Below, piece by piece: positions 15,930-23,583 of a stretch of 41,374 nucleotides of DNA. Source of the stretch: an uncultured Lentisphaerota bacterium (GTDB lineage Bacteria; Verrucomicrobiota; Kiritimatiellia; RFP12; UBA1067); NCBI GenBank assembly GCA_900320855.1, contig ONTV01000003.1, positions 1 through 41,374 of the forward strand, written 5' to 3'. Under the pieces are notes generated by a model. It was not told where the DNA came from. It saw only the letters and a list, made by a program, of their open reading frames with translations, and searched no databases. The translations under genes were made by a program, and so were the position numbers. How positions within the stretch are numbered: position 1 is the stretch's first letter; the number at the start of each line of letters is the position of its first letter.

Positions 15930-16805
15930 TCACGCGGCGTCGAAGGCCGCAAGCAGGGCCGGCGTCACGTCGACGAGCGAGGCGACGCGGTCGCGCAGAA
16001 ACCTCTCCTTCGGCCCGTAGGCGATGAACGGCACGGGATTGCGCGTGTGGCCGCGCTCGCCCAGCGCCTCGATGTTGCCGTGGTCGGACGTGATGACGAG
16101 CGTCATGTCCGCCGCCTCCACGTAGCGGACGAGCGCGGCCAGGAAGCGGTCGTACGTGCGCAGCACCGCGCACGCGCGCGCGTAGTCCATCGAATGGCCA
16201 GAGACGTCCGTCTGGAAAAACTCGTAGAGCGTCAGGTCGTTCGCGCGCGCGAGGCGAAAGAGGTGTTCGGCCGCGCGCGACGGCGGAATGACGGGAATGT
16301 CGGGATAGCGATCCTGAATCGTCTCACGCGTCAAGTCCTGCAGCAAGGCCCGGTCGTCCACAAGGTCAGCCACCGTCGAGACGGTTTCCGGCACCGTCAG
16401 GGCCATCACCGTCGTCACGGACTTGAACCGCCGATCCGCCAACTCGCTCGGCGACTCGACGAGGTAGGCATCGGCGAACTTCACGCGCCGCCCGCGTTTC
16501 TTCAGTTCGAGGAACAGGTTGTCGCGCGAGACGATCTGCCGAAGCTCCTGCCCGGGGAAGCCCTCGCAATGGCGGCCGACCGCCTCGGCGCAGTTAACGC
16601 CCGTGAACATCGTCGCCTGCCCGGTCGCGGACTGCGGAATGCCCGCGACGCCAAGACAGGCGTCAATGGGCTTCGCGTGCCGCGCCAGAAGACGCCGCAA
16701 CGTTGGACAGACCTCCGCATTCAGCGGGTTCTCCGAAGAAGGCCGCCCCATGCCGACACCGTCAATGAATAGGAAGATGACTTTCAAGTGCCAGAAGTAT
16801 AGCAT
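15930..16805 (-). CDS. Alkaline-phosphatase-superfamily metalloenzyme (cofactor-independent phosphoglycerate mutase / phosphopentomutase-like)
   Basis: 'KVIFLFIDGVGMG', 'PQSATGQATMFTG' and 'ITSDHGNIE'. The start is uncertain: ATG at 16805, or TTG at 16787 preceded by TGCTATACT. Confidence 0.7.
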   Translation of the reverse strand: MLYFWHLKVIFLFIDGVGMGRPSSENPLNAEVCPTLRRLLARHAKPIDACLGVAGIPQSATGQATMFTGVNCAEAVGRHCEGFPGQELRQIVSRDNLFLELKKRGRRVKFADAYLVESPSELADRRFKSVTTVMALTVPETVSTVADLVDDRALLQDLTRETIQDRYPDIPVIPPSRAAEHLFRLARANDLTLYEFFQTDVSGHSMDYARACAVLRTYDRFLAALVRYVEAADMTLVITSDHGNIEALGERGHTRNPVPFIAYGPKERFLRDRVASLVDVTPALLAAFDAA

Positions 16806-16869
16806 AATTCGGCGAAAAAGTGCAAGTTGGACGCAGATTGTTGATAACTTTTTGATAAGTGTAGACATG

Positions 16870-16960
16870 ATTTAATATCTTTTCACTTGACAAAAATTTA
16901 AATCATTAAAAATTAATAAATATACTTCAAAACTGATAAAAATAACATTTTCCGTGTTGC
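16870..16960. other. Extremely AT-rich island, DNA-unwinding-element-like, candidate oriC component
   Basis: ACAAAAATTTAAATCATTAAAAATTAATAAATATACTTCAAAACTGATAAAAATAACATTTT in an otherwise GC-rich genome. Flanked by TGTTGATAA (16839..16847), TTTTGATAA (16850..16858) and TTGTTCACA (16979..16987). Confidence 0.4.
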
Positions 16961-17002
16961 ATAACCTGTGTATATTTTTTGTTCACAATCCTGTTGAGAA
17001 TG

Positions 17003-17011
17003 TGCTATAAT
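17003..17011 (+). promoter_or_regulatory. Extended -10 (TGCTATAAT) for mnmG, 6 nt upstream of the ATG at 17018; possible -35 TTCACA at 16982..16987
   Basis: Read directly from the sequence. Confidence 0.55.
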
Positions 17012-17017
17012 GAGGCC

Positions 17018-19219
17018 ATGAAACTGAAGGATGCCTTTGAGGTTCTTGTCGTGGGCGGTGGCCATGCCGGCGTCGAGGCGGCGCTTGCCGCCGCGCGCAT
17101 GATGGCCCGTACCTTGCTCGTCACGACCCGTCGTGACGCGATTGCTCGTATGCCCTGCAATCCGTCAATTGGCGGTCTCGCCAAAAGTCACCTGGTCTGC
17201 GAACTGGATGCCCTCGGCGGCGAAATGGGCGTGAATGCCGACCAGACGGCCCTTCAGGCAAAGACGCTCAACTTTAGCCGCGGCCCTGCCGTCTGGGCGA
17301 CGCGCTGCCAATGCGCCAAGGCGGAATACGCCGCGCGAATGCAAGCCGTCGTCTCCGCACAGGACAACCTAACTGTCCTTGAGGATGCCGTTGTCGGCAT
17401 TTTCACGGACGCTTCGCGGCACGTCATGGGCGTCCAGACCGAAAACAATGGTCTCATTCGCGCCGCGACCGTCATTCTGACAACGGGGACAACGCTTCGT
17501 GGACGCGTCTGGATTGGCGACAAAAGCCAAGAAAGCGGCGGAGATGGACGCCCTGCCGTGAATCTTCTTTCAAAAAGTCTTGCGAATCTCGGATTTGAAT
17601 TGATCCGGCTTAAAACCGGTACGCCTCCACGACTCAAGGCCTCGACCTGCGACTTTTCGCGTTGCATTCGACAGGATGGTGATACTCCACGACCTTTGTT
17701 CCACGTGGAACAACAAAGCAAATTTCAGATTTCAAATTTCAAAAGTCTGTTCCACGTGGAACAAAATTCGTTTGTCGCTCGTGGCCAACATAATTCGTCA
17801 ATAGCCTGTGGTGCCCCGTCGTTCAATTGTGTTCAACAGAAAAATTCGTCGACTAGATGTGTTCCACATGGAACAATAAAACCAAACAGCAATCAAGAGA
17901 TATGTTCCACGTGGAACAATGAAGTTAATCGGTTAGACGTGTTCCACGTGGAACAAAATTCGTCATCCAATCGTGCTCGTCAAAATTTGTCATTCTTCTG
18001 TGTTCAAAAGCAAAGTTTGTCGAATAACCCTGTTTTGAATGAACGATCCGATGTTTTGACTGCGCCAAATTCGTCATGCTCAAGTAACCAGCCCGAAAAT
18101 TCACACCAACAACCGTGTTCCACGTGGAACAATCTGCTGACAGGTCTACCAAGTCTGCCTTGTTGGATGACGCAGACAAATCCAAAAACACACGAAATCA
18201 TTCGTGCAAATCTCGACAAGTCATCTCTCTATGGCGGCAAAATCATCGGAACCGGCGTTCGCTACTGTCCAAGCATCGAAGACAAGATCGTTCGCTTCGC
18301 GACAGTCGAACATCACCATGTCATTCTCGAACCGGAAGACAGCCTGGGCGAAGTCATCTATCCGAATGGACTGAGTTGCTCGCTTCCCGAAAACGTTCAG
18401 CGCGAAATGGTCCACTCGGTGGCGGGACTCGAAGAGGCCGAGTTCTTGGCCTACGCCTATGCCATTGAATATGACAGCATTGATGCGCGTGAACTCCGCC
18501 ATACGCTTGAGTCAAAGCGCATTTCGGGGCTCTACTTTGCTGGACAGATCAATGGAACGACCGGATACGAGGAAGCCGCTGGACAAGGCATTCTCGCCGG
18601 AATCAACGCCGCCTTCGCTGTCCGAAAGGCGCAGCCGTTTATTTTGAGTCGACAAGATGCCTATCTCGGCGTGATGATTGACGATCTTGTCACAAAGGGA
18701 ACAGACGAACCCTATCGCATGTTTACAAGCCGCGCCGAGCGACGCCTGATTCTACGGCAGGACAATGCCCGCTATCGCCTCTTGTCGGCCGCCAAGCGCG
18801 TCGGCATTTTGTCTGATGAAATCATCGCGGCCCGCGAAGCGGAATGGGCCATCATCCAAGTAAAGCTTGCCGATCTCACAAAGAAGAAGGGGAGAGTCGT
18901 TCAGTCCGAAACCGAGAAACTTGACTCTCCTGACATGACAACGGCGCAAGGACGAATTGATCGTGAAGTAATGATTATGCACCATTACGCCCCCTACATT
19001 GCGCAAGAAGAAAAAGCCGCCGCGCAAGCCAGGAAGGACGAGGCGCTCGCCATTCCCCGTTGGCTTGACTATGACAAATGCACAGGCGTCCGCTACGAGA
19101 GCCGTGAAAAGCTGAAGAAGTACCGTCCAGAGACACTGGCGCAAGCCAGCCGCATTCCCGGCGTCAACCCCGCCGACATTGCCGTCCTCGCCGTTCTGAT
19201 CAAACGCGGTCATGTCTAA
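17018..19219 (+). CDS. mnmG: tRNA uridine 5-carboxymethylaminomethyl modification enzyme MnmG (GidA), carrying an internal insertion of about 145 aa
   Basis: '[20 protein letters not shown]', 'RLKTGTPPR', '[15 protein letters not shown]' and '[18 protein letters not shown]'. 733 aa, against about 620-630 aa for typical MnmG. Start set at the ATG at 17018. Confidence 0.95.
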   Translation: MKLKDAFEVLVVGGGHAGVEAALAAARMMARTLLVTTRRDAIARMPCNPSIGGLAKSHLVCELDALGGEMGVNADQTALQAKTLNFSRGPAVWATRCQCAKAEYAARMQAVVSAQDNLTVLEDAVVGIFTDASRHVMGVQTENNGLIRAATVILTTGTTLRGRVWIGDKSQESGGDGRPAVNLLSKSLANLGFELIRLKTGTPPRLKASTCDFSRCIRQDGDTPRPLFHVEQQSKFQISNFKSLFHVEQNSFVARGQHNSSIACGAPSFNCVQQKNSSTRCVPHGTIKPNSNQEICSTWNNEVNRLDVFHVEQNSSSNRARQNLSFFCVQKQSLSNNPVLNERSDVLTAPNSSCSSNQPENSHQQPCSTWNNLLTGLPSLPCWMTQTNPKTHEIIRANLDKSSLYGGKIIGTGVRYCPSIEDKIVRFATVEHHHVILEPEDSLGEVIYPNGLSCSLPENVQREMVHSVAGLEEAEFLAYAYAIEYDSIDARELRHTLESKRISGLYFAGQINGTTGYEEAAGQGILAGINAAFAVRKAQPFILSRQDAYLGVMIDDLVTKGTDEPYRMFTSRAERRLILRQDNARYRLLSAAKRVGILSDEIIAAREAEWAIIQVKLADLTKKKGRVVQSETEKLDSPDMTTAQGRIDREVMIMHHYAPYIAQEEKAAAQARKDEALAIPRWLDYDKCTGVRYESREKLKKYRPETLAQASRIPGVNPADIAVLAVLIKRGHV
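17697..17712. other. parS: parS-like site 1, TGTTCCACGTGGAACA (perfect 16-bp palindrome)
   Basis: Matches the parS consensus tGTTnCACGTGnAACa. Confidence 0.75.
17748..17763. other. parS: parS-like site 2, TGTTCCACGTGGAACA
   Basis: Exact repeat of site 1. Immediately followed by AAAATTCGT. Confidence 0.75.
17860..17875. other. parS: parS-like site 3, TGTTCCACATGGAACA (one central mismatch)
   Basis: 15 of 16 positions match sites 1, 2, 4, 5 and 6. Confidence 0.6.
17903..17918. other. parS: parS-like site 4, TGTTCCACGTGGAACA
   Basis: Exact repeat. Confidence 0.75.
17940..17955. other. parS: parS-like site 5, TGTTCCACGTGGAACA
   Basis: Exact repeat. Immediately followed by AAAATTCGTC. Confidence 0.75.
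18116..18131. other. parS: parS-like site 6, TGTTCCACGTGGAACA
   Basis: Exact repeat. Confidence 0.75.
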
Positions 19220-19370
19220 CGTGCAGGCGCATTTTGTGTCCTCTGTGGCATAAGAACAATATATCCATTCGAATCTAACGCCACATTTACGCTTCCACCG
19301 GATAGCACAAATCTGAATGAATAGGATTTAAAATTCGTGTAATCTTTGAAAATTCGTGGACATATTCTAG

Positions 19371-19393
19371 TTATAAACATTAAATGTTGATAA
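19371..19393. promoter_or_regulatory. 23-bp near-perfect palindrome TTATAAACATT-A-AATGTTGATAA upstream of dnaA; the arms are DnaA-box-like TTAT(A/C)AACA
   Basis: The 11-bp arms differ at 1 position. The right arm contains the 9-mer TGTTGATAA, which also occurs at 16839 and 24531, and as its reverse complement at 24466. Confidence 0.45.
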
Positions 19394-19441
19394 CTTGAAG
19401 ACATAAGTTGATTTCTCGTTGCGCATTTCGTGCCCATTTTA

Positions 19442-19450
19442 TGGTATTAT
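19442..19450 (+). promoter_or_regulatory. Extended -10 (TGGTATTAT) for dnaA, with a 28-nt A-rich leader and no obvious SD
   Basis: Read directly from the sequence. Confidence 0.5.
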
Positions 19451-19478
19451 GTAGGACTTTACGAGTAGTAGACAAAAA

Positions 19479-20903
19479 ATGAGCGAAACGATCGACATCA
19501 AGTCAAAGGAGACGTGGGAAAGGGCGAAGCAAATCTACCTTTCCACGTTATCGTCCGCCGCCGAGCGCGGGCAGGTCGAGCGCTATTTGGAGACGATTAC
19601 GTCCGTCATGCACGAAAACGGTGTCTTCGTCATCTTTGTCACGAACGACTACTCGGCCAGTTTCCTGCGCGACAAGTATTCGGACAAGCTGAAGAAGTGT
19701 CTTGAACTCGTTTCGTCGGAGGGGAAGGTCGACATCGAGTTCCGCACCAGCGAACGCGCAAAGCCGGCAATCGTCGTCCCGTCTGAACCGCCGCCGGTCG
19801 CGGCATCGGTCTCCCCGCCGCGCGCGCACGCCAAGGCGCCGCCGCTTGCCTCGACCATGCCCCTCAACGAAGAGTACACGTTCGACAATTTCGTGAGCGG
19901 CAAGTCGAACAGCTGGGCGCTCGCTGCCGCACAGGGCGTCGTCTCCAATCCCGGCAAGAGCGGCTACAACCCGCTCTTCATTCATGGCGGCACGGGCCTC
20001 GGCAAGACGCACCTCATGCAGGCAATCGGCAACGAGCTCAAGAAGAAGAACCCCGCGCTGAACATCTGCTATCTCACGGCCGAGACGTTCCTGAACGAAT
20101 ACGTGAACGCTCTGCAGAACGGTAACCTCGAAAGCTTCCGCAAGCGCTACCGCAAGATGGACTTGCTGATGGTCGATGACGTGCAGTTCCTTCAGAAGGG
20201 CAGACAGTTCCAGGAGGAGTTCTTCAACACGTTCAACGCCCTCCAGCAGGCGCAGCGCCAGATCGTCATGACGTCCGACGTCGCTCCGAAGAACCTGCCG
20301 TCCATCGAGACACGCCTCATCTCGCGCTTCGAGGGCGGCATGGTGCAGGAGATCGAGTCACCCAACTACGAGACGCGCCTCGCGATTCTGAAGAAGAAGT
20401 CCGAGGCGATGGTGCCGTCCATCCCCGACAACGCGCTTGAGTTCATCGCCGACACGATCAAGAGCCACGTGCGCGCGATGGAAGGCGCGTTGAACCGCGT
20501 CCGCATCTTCCGCATGGTCGAATCGACGACGCCACTCACGAATGACGTACTGACGCACATGCTCCGCGACTACATCGAGAAGGAGAAGTCGCTCCGCAGC
20601 CTGACCGTCGAGGAAATCCAGCAGTCCGTCGCGAAGAGGTTCCACGTCTCGATTGACCAGATCCTCTCCGCTGAACGGACGCAGTCGCTCGTCACCCCGC
20701 GCCAGATGGCCATGTACATCTCGCGCAAGTACACGACGAGGAGCCTCCCGGAAATCGCGCAGTCGTTCGGCAAGACGCACGCCACGATTCTCCACGGCGT
20801 CAAGAACATCGAAAAACGGCTCGACGTCGAGCCCGACCTCAAGTCGATTCTCAATGAAGTGCTGAACGAATTCGGCTGTTCGCTCAAGGACAACCTCGAT
20901 TGA
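19479..20903 (+). CDS. dnaA: Chromosomal replication initiator protein DnaA
   Basis: 'NPLFIHGGTGLGKTHLMQAIG' (Walker A), 'LLMVDDVQFL' (Walker B) and domain IV '...RQMAMYISRKYTTRSLPEIAQSFGKTHATILHGVKNIEK'. Confidence 0.97.
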   Translation: MSETIDIKSKETWERAKQIYLSTLSSAAERGQVERYLETITSVMHENGVFVIFVTNDYSASFLRDKYSDKLKKCLELVSSEGKVDIEFRTSERAKPAIVVPSEPPPVAASVSPPRAHAKAPPLASTMPLNEEYTFDNFVSGKSNSWALAAAQGVVSNPGKSGYNPLFIHGGTGLGKTHLMQAIGNELKKKNPALNICYLTAETFLNEYVNALQNGNLESFRKRYRKMDLLMVDDVQFLQKGRQFQEEFFNTFNALQQAQRQIVMTSDVAPKNLPSIETRLISRFEGGMVQEIESPNYETRLAILKKKSEAMVPSIPDNALEFIADTIKSHVRAMEGALNRVRIFRMVESTTPLTNDVLTHMLRDYIEKEKSLRSLTVEEIQQSVAKRFHVSIDQILSAERTQSLVTPRQMAMYISRKYTTRSLPEIAQSFGKTHATILHGVKNIEKRLDVEPDLKSILNEVLNEFGCSLKDNLD

Positions 20904-21128
20904 CAACTGGCGGAAGAACTGAAGACAGGTTGAAGACAACTCGGCAAGATATGAACAGAAACGAACAGGTCAGAGCCATCCGTCAACTTTCCTCGTCAGG
21001 ATGTCGAACGGGCCTTCAACAGGGTGAAAGTTGCTTTCAGCCCGTTTTTAAAGGGGGCGCCGCGACTTGTCAACAGTATCGACACACCTAATAGTAATAC
21101 AATCACACTTTCTTTAGTCAGTAGTATT

Positions 21129-21137
21129 TGATACAAT
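21129..21137 (+). promoter_or_regulatory. Extended -10 (TGATACAAT) for dnaN; 32-nt leader with SD AGAAGGAAA
   Basis: Read directly from the sequence. Confidence 0.45.
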
Positions 21138-21169
21138 TCAATGACACGACGCATCAGAAGGAAATAAAA

Positions 21170-22264
21170 ATGAAATTCAAGATCGTTCGCTCCAAATTCC
21201 TCGAAGGGCTGAAGTCCGTCCAGAACATCGTCGGCGGCAAGGCTTCGCTCGCGATTCTCCAGAATGTCCTCCTGGAGGCCAGAGGGCAGGAGATCGTGAT
21301 GACGACGACCGACCTCGACATCTCGATCAAGGCCGTCTGCCCGTGCGAGGTCATTGAGAAAGGCGGCACGACGATTCCCGTGAAGCTCCTCTTCAACGCG
21401 ATTTCGAAGGTGGCCGAAGGCGAGGTCGAGTTCGAGACGGACACGAAGGACCGGGCGACGATTTGCGCAGGGAACACGAAGTTCAAGGTCGCGGGCCTTC
21501 CCGAATCCGAGTTTCCGAAGCTTCCGCAGGACGAGGAGGCGTTCGTCTACACGATTCAGCAGGCGACGTTCCGCGACATGTTGCGCAAGGTCTCCTACGC
21601 GGCGAGCCAGGACGACACGCGCCGGACGCTCAAGGGCGTTCTCCTGAGCTTCAAGGACTCGAAGCTCACGATGGTCGCGACGGACGGTCGCCGCCTCGCG
21701 CTTGTCGAGCAGGAGATCGAGTTTCCGAAGGACGCGGAGAAGGACATCATCCTGCCGTCGAAGGCCGTCGGCGAACTCCAGCGCTCGCTGAACGGCGAGG
21801 GCGACCTGTCGATGATGGTGCAGAAGTCGCAGATCTGCTTCAAGCTCGAGAGCGTGATGATCTACTCGAAGCTGATGGACGACGCCTACCCGAACTACCG
21901 TCAGGTCATTCCCGTCGAGCCGAAGGAGCGCATCGAGGTCGATCGCCAGCTGCTGCTGGACGCGCTCGACCGTGCGAGCGTCATGACGATGGACGAGGCG
22001 CATTCGACGAAGCTCATCTTCTCGGAAGGGAAGCTCACCGTCACGTCGGCCGCGTCCGACATCGGCGAGGCGAAGGACGAGGTGCCAATCAAGTACGCCG
22101 GCGAGAAGATCGAGATCCTGTTCAACCCGTCCTACGTGATGGACTGCCTCAAGTCGATTGACGATGACGAGGTGACCATGAACCTGACGGACGGACATTC
22201 GCCGGCGGTGATCAAGTGCTCGATTCCGTTCCTCTACGTGCTGATGCCGCTGCGGATCAACTGA
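21170..22264 (+). CDS. dnaN: DNA polymerase III beta sliding clamp
   Basis: 'MKFKIVRSKFLEGLKSVQNIV...', 'RRTLKGVLL', 'MVATDGRRLA' and 'NPSYVMDCLK'. Start set at the ATG at 21170. Confidence 0.95.
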   Translation: MKFKIVRSKFLEGLKSVQNIVGGKASLAILQNVLLEARGQEIVMTTTDLDISIKAVCPCEVIEKGGTTIPVKLLFNAISKVAEGEVEFETDTKDRATICAGNTKFKVAGLPESEFPKLPQDEEAFVYTIQQATFRDMLRKVSYAASQDDTRRTLKGVLLSFKDSKLTMVATDGRRLALVEQEIEFPKDAEKDIILPSKAVGELQRSLNGEGDLSMMVQKSQICFKLESVMIYSKLMDDAYPNYRQVIPVEPKERIEVDRQLLLDALDRASVMTMDEAHSTKLIFSEGKLTVTSAASDIGEAKDEVPIKYAGEKIEILFNPSYVMDCLKSIDDDEVTMNLTDGHSPAVIKCSIPFLYVLMPLRIN

Positions 22265-22341
22265 CGGATTCGAAAGGGGGCGCGGCCAATTGCGTCTCGC
22301 CCCGCTGTCTGAAAATTCTCAAGGTCAAAAGGTAAGCCAAC

Positions 22342-23583
22342 ATGAAAATCTGGACGGACAAGAACTATCCGATCATCATCTCGTGCGCGAAGGGGCTTTC
22401 GTGCTGGACGGAGATCGAGGTGCGCGACATGGGCTACAAGCCCATCGAGGTGACGGAGAACACGGTCGTTGTGCGCGGCGCGATGCGTGACGTCATGCGA
22501 CTCAACCTCTGGCTGCGGACGGCGCACCGCGTGCTGGTGCCGCTCCTGCGCACGACGTGCCGCAACATCAAGGATCTCTACCAGGCGGTGTCGTCCATCG
22601 ACTGGGAAAACCTGCTGGAGGCGGACGGCTATTTTTCCGTGTCGTCGATCGTCCACAACTTCACGATTCGCGACACGCGCATTCCCTCGCTCTACACGAA
22701 GGACGCGATCGCCGACCGCATGCGCGAGAAGTGCCAGCGTCGTCCCGACTCGGGCGGCGAGAACATTGGCGCGGCCGTCTTCGTCTACTGGGAGTATGAC
22801 GAGGCGATCATCTATCTCGACACGTCGGGCGAACCGCTTTCAAAGCGAGGCTATCGCAAGATTCCGGGTTCGGCTCCCATGCAGGAGACGCTGGCTGCCG
22901 CGTGCGTGATGGCGCTTGGGTGGAAGGGCACGACGCCGTTTCTCTCGCCGATGTGCGGCAGCGGCACGCCCGCCATCGAAGCCGTCATGTTGGCGATGAA
23001 CAAGGCGCCCGGTGCGCTCAAGGGACACTTCGCCTTCCAGTCCATCAAGGGCTACACGCGCATCATCCCCGGCGAGACGGCGCCTCTTGTCGCGCCGCGC
23101 CAGCGCATGGGCGCGACGCCGGAACAGATCTGGAAGGAGATGATCCTCGACGCGAAGTCGAAGGAATGCACGGACAGTTTGCCGCAGGTCATCGCGACGG
23201 ACATCTCGCCGGAGGCGGTCGAGAACGCGCACTCGAATGCGATTGCCGCCGGTGTCGCGCCCTACATCACGTTCAAGGCCTGCGACTTCGCCGAAACGCC
23301 CATACCGGAGCAGAAGGGCTGCATCTTCTTCAATCCCGAATACGGCATTCGTCTCGGCGATCCGAAGGAACTCGCGCCCGTCTACGAGCGCATCGGCACG
23401 TTCATGAATGAGAAGTGCCGTGGCTATACGGGCGGACTCATCACCGGCAACCCGGAGCTGGCACATCTCGTCAACCTCTATTATCGTACGCGGGCTCCGT
23501 TCTTCAACGGGCCGATTGACTGTCGCCTCTTCATCTACGAAGGGTGCGAACGGAAGGGAGAGCATGTCAATGGACATCAGTGA
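22342..23583 (+). CDS. THUMP-domain class I SAM-dependent RNA methyltransferase (RlmL/COG0116-like)
   Basis: N-terminal THUMP-like region '...VVVRGAMRDVMRLNLWLRTAHRVLVPL', 'PMCGSGTPAIEA' (SAM motif I) and 'FFNPEYGIRLG' (the NPPY-type motif IV). Confidence 0.75.
   Translation: MKIWTDKNYPIIISCAKGLSCWTEIEVRDMGYKPIEVTENTVVVRGAMRDVMRLNLWLRTAHRVLVPLLRTTCRNIKDLYQAVSSIDWENLLEADGYFSVSSIVHNFTIRDTRIPSLYTKDAIADRMREKCQRRPDSGGENIGAAVFVYWEYDEAIIYLDTSGEPLSKRGYRKIPGSAPMQETLAAACVMALGWKGTTPFLSPMCGSGTPAIEAVMLAMNKAPGALKGHFAFQSIKGYTRIIPGETAPLVAPRQRMGATPEQIWKEMILDAKSKECTDSLPQVIATDISPEAVENAHSNAIAAGVAPYITFKACDFAETPIPEQKGCIFFNPEYGIRLGDPKELAPVYERIGTFMNEKCRGYTGGLITGNPELAHLVNLYYRTRAPFFNGPIDCRLFIYEGCERKGEHVNGHQ

Larger units (their letters stand above)
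17697..18140 (+). other. AT-rich, in-frame insertion within mnmG carrying a six-site parS array
   Basis: It lies between the conserved 'TPRPLF' and '[16 protein letters not shown]' segments. It encodes low-complexity 'FHVEQ/CSTWN' peptide repeats and is visibly lower in GC than the flanks. Confidence 0.85.

Noticed and set aside
6417-16173. N-terminal extensions proposed by the ORF track: 6417..7481, 7354..8037, 8819..10246, 12073..13524, 13749..14402, 14422..16173, 15930..16868. The same applies elsewhere to 16979, 21128, 26421, 27064, 29397, 31841, 34326 and 38323.
   Set aside because: The extensions overlap the upstream genes, run through repeats or promoters, and are Arg/Gly-rich. Internal ATGs give canonical family N-termini (MKKGFTL..., MINLAEV..., MELIASFQVDH..., MKFKIVR...) with an SD or a -10 element at the right distance.
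17697-18140. The mnmG insertion as an intein or other self-splicing element, and the minus-strand ORFs inside it (17925..18191, 18004..18219).
   Set aside because: There is no Cys/Ser at the N-junction, no His-Asn followed by Cys/Ser/Thr at the C-junction, and no intein or HNH/LAGLIDADG blocks. The sequence is low-complexity and dominated by the palindromic repeats. The antisense ORFs exist only because parS palindromes and the A/T-rich spacers happen to lack stops.
20904-21169. The dnaA-dnaN intergenic region as oriC, as in Firmicutes.
   Set aside because: It is only moderately AT-rich, and I found a single box-like 9-mer (TTGTCAACA at about 21068) plus the dnaN promoter. The islands at 16806-17017, 19220-19478 and 24460-24545 are much stronger candidates. 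It is not excluded, just not supported.
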